Assembly: GCA_964406105.1 (NCBI GenBank)
Contig: CAYOQK010000024.1
Coordinates: forward strand, 27,294-91,293
Length of the DNA: 64,000 nt
DNA from: an uncultured bacterium
GTDB taxonomy: Bacteria; Hydrothermota; Hydrothermia; WGAB01
Direction of reading: 5' to 3'
Below are positions 60,401 through 64,000 of the stretch, piece after piece (the first letter of the stretch is position 1; each line of letters begins with the position of its first letter). The position numbers and the translations under genes were made by a program. The notes under the pieces are model-generated. The model ran no database searches and was not told the origin of the DNA. It saw only the letters and a list, made by a program, of their open reading frames with translations.

Positions 60401-62487
60401 CGAGGGTGGCCTACTATCAACGCAGACGTGGCCGGTGGAATCTTACCCTCCGCAACGTGGAAAACTCTGAGGACTGGGTGCTGAATACCTGGCCCGACAG
60501 TTCGGAAATCCGGAGGTACCCACCGGTCCTCCTGGCGGAATCCAGCGATACCCTGTGGCTGGTCCACTGGATTGCCAGGGCCGACTCGCAGGCCTGGCTT
60601 TTGGGGTATCGGCTCCTTGGCACCTCGGTGGAGATTGACACCTTGGCCACCTCTCCTCTGGCCCCCTCCCCCTACAGTGTTCCCTCTCTGGCTCGCACCC
60701 CCGAAGACCTGTGGATGGCATGGTTTCAGCCGGTAGGCATCTCTCATCTGCTGTTGGTGGCTCCTGGTTTCACAAAGGCCCCACCTGAAACCGTGGCTGT
60801 GCTCACGGACCCTGGCAATGGCCCTACTCTGCTGGCCGATCAGCACCGGTTGTACGTCGCTTGGGAAACCGAGGGTTCTGTATGGTACTCCCTGCGAGAG
60901 GGAGGGCTTTGGCGTCCACCGGAGCTGGTGGATTCCAGCGTGGGGCACCCGGTGTTCCTTAGCCCTCAACACCTGTTGGTGAGCACCTTCGGCAAACGCC
61001 CCACGGTGGTCCTCTACACCTTCAACGGCGCACGGTTCAGCCGAGACCTAAACGTGAGTCCAGAGGGCAGTGGCTGGTATGGCACAGGTCGGGTGATCTC
61101 CGAAAGCCACGGCGCCTACGAAACCCAGGTGCTGTGGAGCGATGTGAACGGTGCGCCCTATCTTCGGGATACCCTGCTCCACTTACGTCCCCGTACCTTT
61201 GTCAACGGCCGAATCAGCGGGCTTACTTTCTGGCGAGACACCGTGTACGTCAACGGCGACATCCTGGTGGACTCTGCGGCCGTGCTCCGGATCCTGCCAG
61301 GCACAGTGGTGCAAATCACCCCCCACTTTGACTATCTCCAAACGGGCCGAGATCCGCAGGCCACGGAGATCGTGGTTCAAGGCACCCTGGTGGCCTACGG
61401 AGAACACCGAAACCCGGTGACGTTCCAGGGTGAGGGCACCCCAGGCTCCTGGCTGGGTCTTCGCGTGGAACCCGGCGGCACAGACACCTTGGTGAACGTC
61501 CACCTCCTGGACGCTGAGCACGGCGTCGTAGCCTTGGCAGGCACGGAGATCTTCTTAGATTCCGTGCACATGATTCAACTCTCCGGCTGGTCGGTGTATG
61601 CCCAGGGAGCCACTGTGGAGATCTTGAACGGCTATCTTTACGGCCCTTGGGGTATTGCCTTGGACCAATGCCATGGACGGGTGCAGGGGAACACCCTACG
61701 CGGCCAACCCCATGCCCTCACGGTGCGAGATCCCTCAGGCTACCTGTTGGTACAGAAAAACTCGGTGTTTGTGGTTGGACCTGTGGGCTTTCTGTTGGAA
61801 AACACGGGGCGTCGGGTGGACCTTTTCCAAAACACCGTGTACGGTGCTGACATTGGCCTGCTGCTGATCAACAGTTCCCCCTTAATGGATCAAAACCGGA
61901 TTTTCCTAAGCCAGGTGGCCTCGGTGTGGACTGTGGGCAACTCCCAACCCCGGCTGTACCGCAATTTCCTCCACGCGCGCCGGCTCACCGTGGTGGCCAC
62001 GGACGGTAGCCGTCCCCTTCTGGGTGAAGATTCAGACAGCCACTCGGGAAACAACACCGTGGTGGGCGATTCCCTACGGGTGGCCTATGTGCCCACCGGG
62101 CCCACTGCTGCTCCCTTAAGGGCAGAAAACAACTGGTGGGGCACCACCACCCCAGGGCCGAGCCTGTTCCTTGGTCCTGTGGACTATGTGCCCTACCTTC
62201 AGGGCCCGCCGGAGGCGTTCTCCCAAGGTTCTGCCCAACCCCTCCAGGCGACGATCCCCACTTTGGTCCGCCGCACCCTCAGGGTCCGGCTCGCCTCACC
62301 CGTGGACCAATCCTTGACCTACGCAGTATACGACATCACTGGGCGGCAAGTGGTTCGTGGCCTGTGGCCCCTCTCCTCCTTGGAGATCCGCATCCCCGTG
62401 GCACACCTCCCGGCCGGCGTATACTTTCTTACGCTCTGGGACCCTCATGAATCCGTGGTTCTGCACAGGAGGTTTGTGAAACTATGA
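57499..62487 (+). CDS. giant secreted multidomain protein: N-terminal lectin-like region, heparinase II/III-like lyase core, right-handed beta-helix, T9SS C-terminal sorting domain
   Basis: 1662 aa. Signal peptide. Hepar_II_III-like pattern GAYHNHLDNNTLFLGLGDRWLVGEDTY. Parallel beta-helix repeats around residues 1250-1500 (NTLRGQ..., QNTVYGADIGLLL..., NRIFLSQ...). C-terminus [23 protein letters not shown] is T9SS-CTD-like. Confidence 0.7.
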   Translation: MKYRLSWLGVSLGVLLLGAPSLFSRVLWWENLEDSTLARMSWSGQVSLEYDPPYVQDDPAGFRRQNHGLVSLRLEGLADDSTWVRWPALAQGVPLALLEVYVNLPEAGLETALWRLGRLDVEILALGTSRYALRVSDALGSHLFSEDTLILVPDTVVHPQNWYRLQVLFTDTLDYLFINGYRVGQGFLPRDTLLPDSVTWVIPAGNLGSLLLDDYVVSVPDTGLHPNLLFAPEDIPILLAKTTDTYTGTSGIAPAELWDTIAVRAQRYLNTDTLVLLDGEVRYPYPFPWPPPLWSGLLYQAYIPQWVQFEGFVYALTGDTAHAHKVRNILWSLSNWPQLEWPFYYHNPTPLYMETDGFHYLLVLTLGYDLVYNALSDVDRMSIENAILVKGVQQADLSLRIGNLSRRPVRSNKALVGATALLLACLTVEDSAYTAEPRSVAIQTFEDFFSHPEESFNPTTGDARENSFYASYALAHVALAAEALERRGQSRLREALTPFVRYRASLALPGLRSYPPVGDNSAVLYGFMEQTPELLAYLASRSHNALAQWYLAGISSYTFDYGQGLWGDYIHFGTFLWLDNTQPTASPADLGLPRVQRFPVVGLAMYRSGWQDPRSLTVFLKSRDAGAYHNHLDNNTLFLGLGDRWLVGEDTYRHLPYTERHSTLWVFYQNDTLGQVGRADGGTLRDPFQDSVSVLLEGEAQGSYQTVSLFRRRVWILPADTLVVVWDRIESPETYPARYQLRYHLFGTPYWQGDTLNLLQDSLHLRMLWRSAFATHQGLEFRPTDTVWTITSLHDSTEFEGAAIFDLSAAVSEFPEPFQTQVGHGFRYLHHRLLEVEAAYRDSFQLPENHGTQAYWLLLNLRPNTSYALAYAGDSTAGYDTLTTDGYGRASFVLQAPEDTLEVYVFWRGKPQAPTRPVVPNRIHGETPALEWWTYEVHHQVFAVETRHQNTYWLDFGEMPTITHTHTPRVAYYQRRRGRWNLTLRNVENSEDWVLNTWPDSSEIRRYPPVLLAESSDTLWLVHWIARADSQAWLLGYRLLGTSVEIDTLATSPLAPSPYSVPSLARTPEDLWMAWFQPVGISHLLLVAPGFTKAPPETVAVLTDPGNGPTLLADQHRLYVAWETEGSVWYSLREGGLWRPPELVDSSVGHPVFLSPQHLLVSTFGKRPTVVLYTFNGARFSRDLNVSPEGSGWYGTGRVISESHGAYETQVLWSDVNGAPYLRDTLLHLRPRTFVNGRISGLTFWRDTVYVNGDILVDSAAVLRILPGTVVQITPHFDYLQTGRDPQATEIVVQGTLVAYGEHRNPVTFQGEGTPGSWLGLRVEPGGTDTLVNVHLLDAEHGVVALAGTEIFLDSVHMIQLSGWSVYAQGATVEILNGYLYGPWGIALDQCHGRVQGNTLRGQPHALTVRDPSGYLLVQKNSVFVVGPVGFLLENTGRRVDLFQNTVYGADIGLLLINSSPLMDQNRIFLSQVASVWTVGNSQPRLYRNFLHARRLTVVATDGSRPLLGEDSDSHSGNNTVVGDSLRVAYVPTGPTAAPLRAENNWWGTTTPGPSLFLGPVDYVPYLQGPPEAFSQGSAQPLQATIPTLVRRTLRVRLASPVDQSLTYAVYDITGRQVVRGLWPLSSLEIRIPVAHLPAGVYFLTLWDPHESVVLHRRFVKL

Positions 62488-63035
62488 GCCTGGTGCTCAC
62501 GTGGGTGTTGCTGGCCCAAACCTTCCAAACCCTGAAGGTTCAACCGGATCAGGTGATCCTCCTTTCCACCACAAAGCCCCGGGTGGTCAGCCGCATCTTA
62601 CTGCACTTTCCTCTGGACTCATTGGATCCTCAGCGTGTCGTGGAGGCTCGGCTGGAGTTTACCAGCCCGGAGGGTCTGCCGTACCATCGCCGTATCCTTC
62701 TGCAGGTGGTCCCCGTGACCACGCCTTGGGATCCCAGCACCGTGTCCTGGACCGTTCCCTGGGCCACACCAGGCGGAGACTTTGATGCCACTGTATCCCG
62801 GTACTTGGCTCTACCCGCTGCGGGCCAACGGGTGCAGGTGGACATCACCCTGTTTGTACGGAACGTTCACCTGTACCCTGGCCTTTTGATCAAACCCCCA
62901 CCCTTTCAAGGGCTGGGCTTCGGGGACGTGGGGCGTCGGCTTCTGGAGGCGTTGAAAAACTCCACCCTCCACCTGCAAATGGCCCCCACCGAGGGCTCAG
63001 CCGACACTTTGATCCGCACATTTCCTAAGGAGTAG
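62484..63035 (+). CDS. small protein translationally coupled to the giant gene; DNRLRE-like (LLxFxL...TW) domain
   Basis: 183 aa. ATGA overlap with the upstream stop. Motifs [30 protein letters not shown]. Confidence 0.45.
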   Translation: MSLVLTWVLLAQTFQTLKVQPDQVILLSTTKPRVVSRILLHFPLDSLDPQRVVEARLEFTSPEGLPYHRRILLQVVPVTTPWDPSTVSWTVPWATPGGDFDATVSRYLALPAAGQRVQVDITLFVRNVHLYPGLLIKPPPFQGLGFGDVGRRLLEALKNSTLHLQMAPTEGSADTLIRTFPKE

Positions 63036-63747
63036 AGAGTTCGCCCAAGCGGTGCATGAGGAGGGCGAGGCCCACCAGGGCAGCGGTTTCCACCCGAAGG
63101 ATTCGGGGACCCAACGAACATATCCGAAACCCCCGACGTTCCAAGGCCAAAACCTCGTCAGGTGTGAATCCACCCTCGGGCCCGACCACCAACACCTGAT
63201 GCCGAGGTTCATCGGGAGCAGGGGGCTCCCTCACAGGCCAGGGAGAGCCCCCAGGGTGAAGCGCCCATCCCTGCCAGGAAGAGGGGAGTTGATCCAGAAG
63301 GTCGGCCAGGCGAAGGGGTGCGAGGATCTCGGGGATCCGAGCCCGTTGGCTTTGTTTCACAGCGCTTCGGGCAATGCGTTGCCAACGGGGCAAACGGCCT
63401 GCCTGGAGTCGTACAGAGCGATGGAACACCACGGGTACCAGCCGCTGGACCCCCAGTTCCACAGCCTTTTCCACCAGGAAATCCATGCGATCTCCTCGGG
63501 GCACGGCTACAGCGAGCACCACGTGCCACACGGGTTCGTTGGCAGGCAAGGGGTTCAACAGGAGAAACTCGGCTTCTTCTCGTCGGCGGTCCACCCGTTG
63601 AAGCCGAGCCCGGTATGCGTGGCCTTGGCCATCCACCAGCCGAACCTCTTGGCCAGGTTGCAAACGCAGTACCCGAAGAGCGTGATGGAACTCCTCGCCC
63701 CGAAGCCATCCCCTTTCCCCCTGGATCTCACCGATGAAGGTATCCAT
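63025..63747 (-). CDS. rsmE: 16S rRNA (uracil1498-N3)-methyltransferase
   Basis: 240 aa from the ATG at 63747 ([11 protein letters not shown]...). PUA-like N-terminus and SPOUT C-terminus ([15 protein letters not shown]). Confidence 0.8.
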   Translation of the reverse strand: MDTFIGEIQGERGWLRGEEFHHALRVLRLQPGQEVRLVDGQGHAYRARLQRVDRRREEAEFLLLNPLPANEPVWHVVLAVAVPRGDRMDFLVEKAVELGVQRLVPVVFHRSVRLQAGRLPRWQRIARSAVKQSQRARIPEILAPLRLADLLDQLPSSWQGWALHPGGSPWPVREPPAPDEPRHQVLVVGPEGGFTPDEVLALERRGFRICSLGPRILRVETAALVGLALLMHRLGELSTP

Positions 63748-63774
63748 GGCCTTGATTGTAGCGCACGAAACCCT

Positions 63775-63804
63775 GTGGTGGCCGCCCGTACGGGCGGCCA
63801 CCAC
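63775..63804 (-). terminator. perfect 14-bp-stem palindrome GTGGTGGCCGCCCG-TA-CGGGCGGCCACCAC upstream of rsmE; candidate terminator of an upstream minus-strand gene or a bidirectional hairpin
   Basis: Seen in sequence. No U-tract. Confidence 0.35.
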
Positions 63805-64000
63805 AGGGTGGAAGGGCTCACCAGTTCAACGGCCCGAAGGAGCCTTGAACAGGGAGGAGGGCAACTTCGGCAATTTCCTTTTGTCGTCCTTTGGTGTGCG
63901 TACAGGAACCTTCTTGGACTTCCCTTTGGAGGACTTCCGATCCTTGGGGGTCCGCTTGAGGACCGATTCAAAGCTCCGCCGGATCCACCGGTGATCCTCG

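Noticed and set aside
59515-60972. 485-aa minus-strand ORF inside the giant secreted-protein gene
   Set aside because: Shadow ORF, Gly/Pro/His-rich.
1-64000. CRISPR arrays, integrases, transposases, phage or defence islands
   Set aside because: No direct-repeat/spacer periodicity, no recombinase or transposase motifs, and no recognisable defence gene sets were seen. The window appears to be core chromosome with a few surface and respiratory accessory clusters.

Overview
This is a GC-rich (visibly >60% G+C) bacterial chromosomal window, densely coding on both strands. Three proteins end in Bacteroidota-type T9SS C-terminal sorting domains and there are PorV/PorQ-like beta-barrels, yet the promoters are E. 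coli-like (TTGACA-N17/18-TATAAT). From this I infer a Rhodothermus/Rhodothermaeota-like FCB-group organism. I could not run any search, so every call rests on motifs read from the supplied translations. Housekeeping genes in order: coaX and an lptF/G-type permease; a Bacillus-style beta-oxidation operon (fadN-like HAD/ECH fusion, thiolase, acyl-CoA dehydrogenase, acyl-CoA ligase); tRNA-Leu(TAG) and accA; mltD with LysM repeats; sugar ABC permeases and a heptose-phosphate adenylyltransferase-like gene; a DUF47-PiT pair; rluD; then a long plus-strand run of TPR protein, clpC, bamA, htrA, folP, two unknowns, tilS-hpt-ftsH, glxK, rpsA, polyprenyl synthase, csp, lgt and comF; and finally rsmE. Accessory or unusual content: (1) a TonB-dependent receptor followed by a PorV-like barrel, an NHL lipoprotein, two T9SS cargo proteins and a repeat lipoprotein (2.5-12.1 kb); (2) a divergent 12-TM heme-copper oxidase superfamily catalytic-subunit homolog with all six canonical His ligands but no helix-VI Tyr, co-transcribed with a NirV/FGE-like lipoprotein, a 6-TM partner and heme O synthase (19.5-23.5 kb), which I interpret as a candidate non-canonical NO/O2 reductase; (3) a 1662-aa T9SS-secreted lyase-like giant (N-terminal lectin-like region, heparinase II/III-like core, beta-helix) translationally coupled to a small DNRLRE-like protein, beside a tricorn-type S41 protease (54.4-63.0 kb). 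No CRISPR array, transposase or integrase was recognised. Many long antisense shadow ORFs in the six-frame track are artefacts of the high GC content and are listed as rejected.
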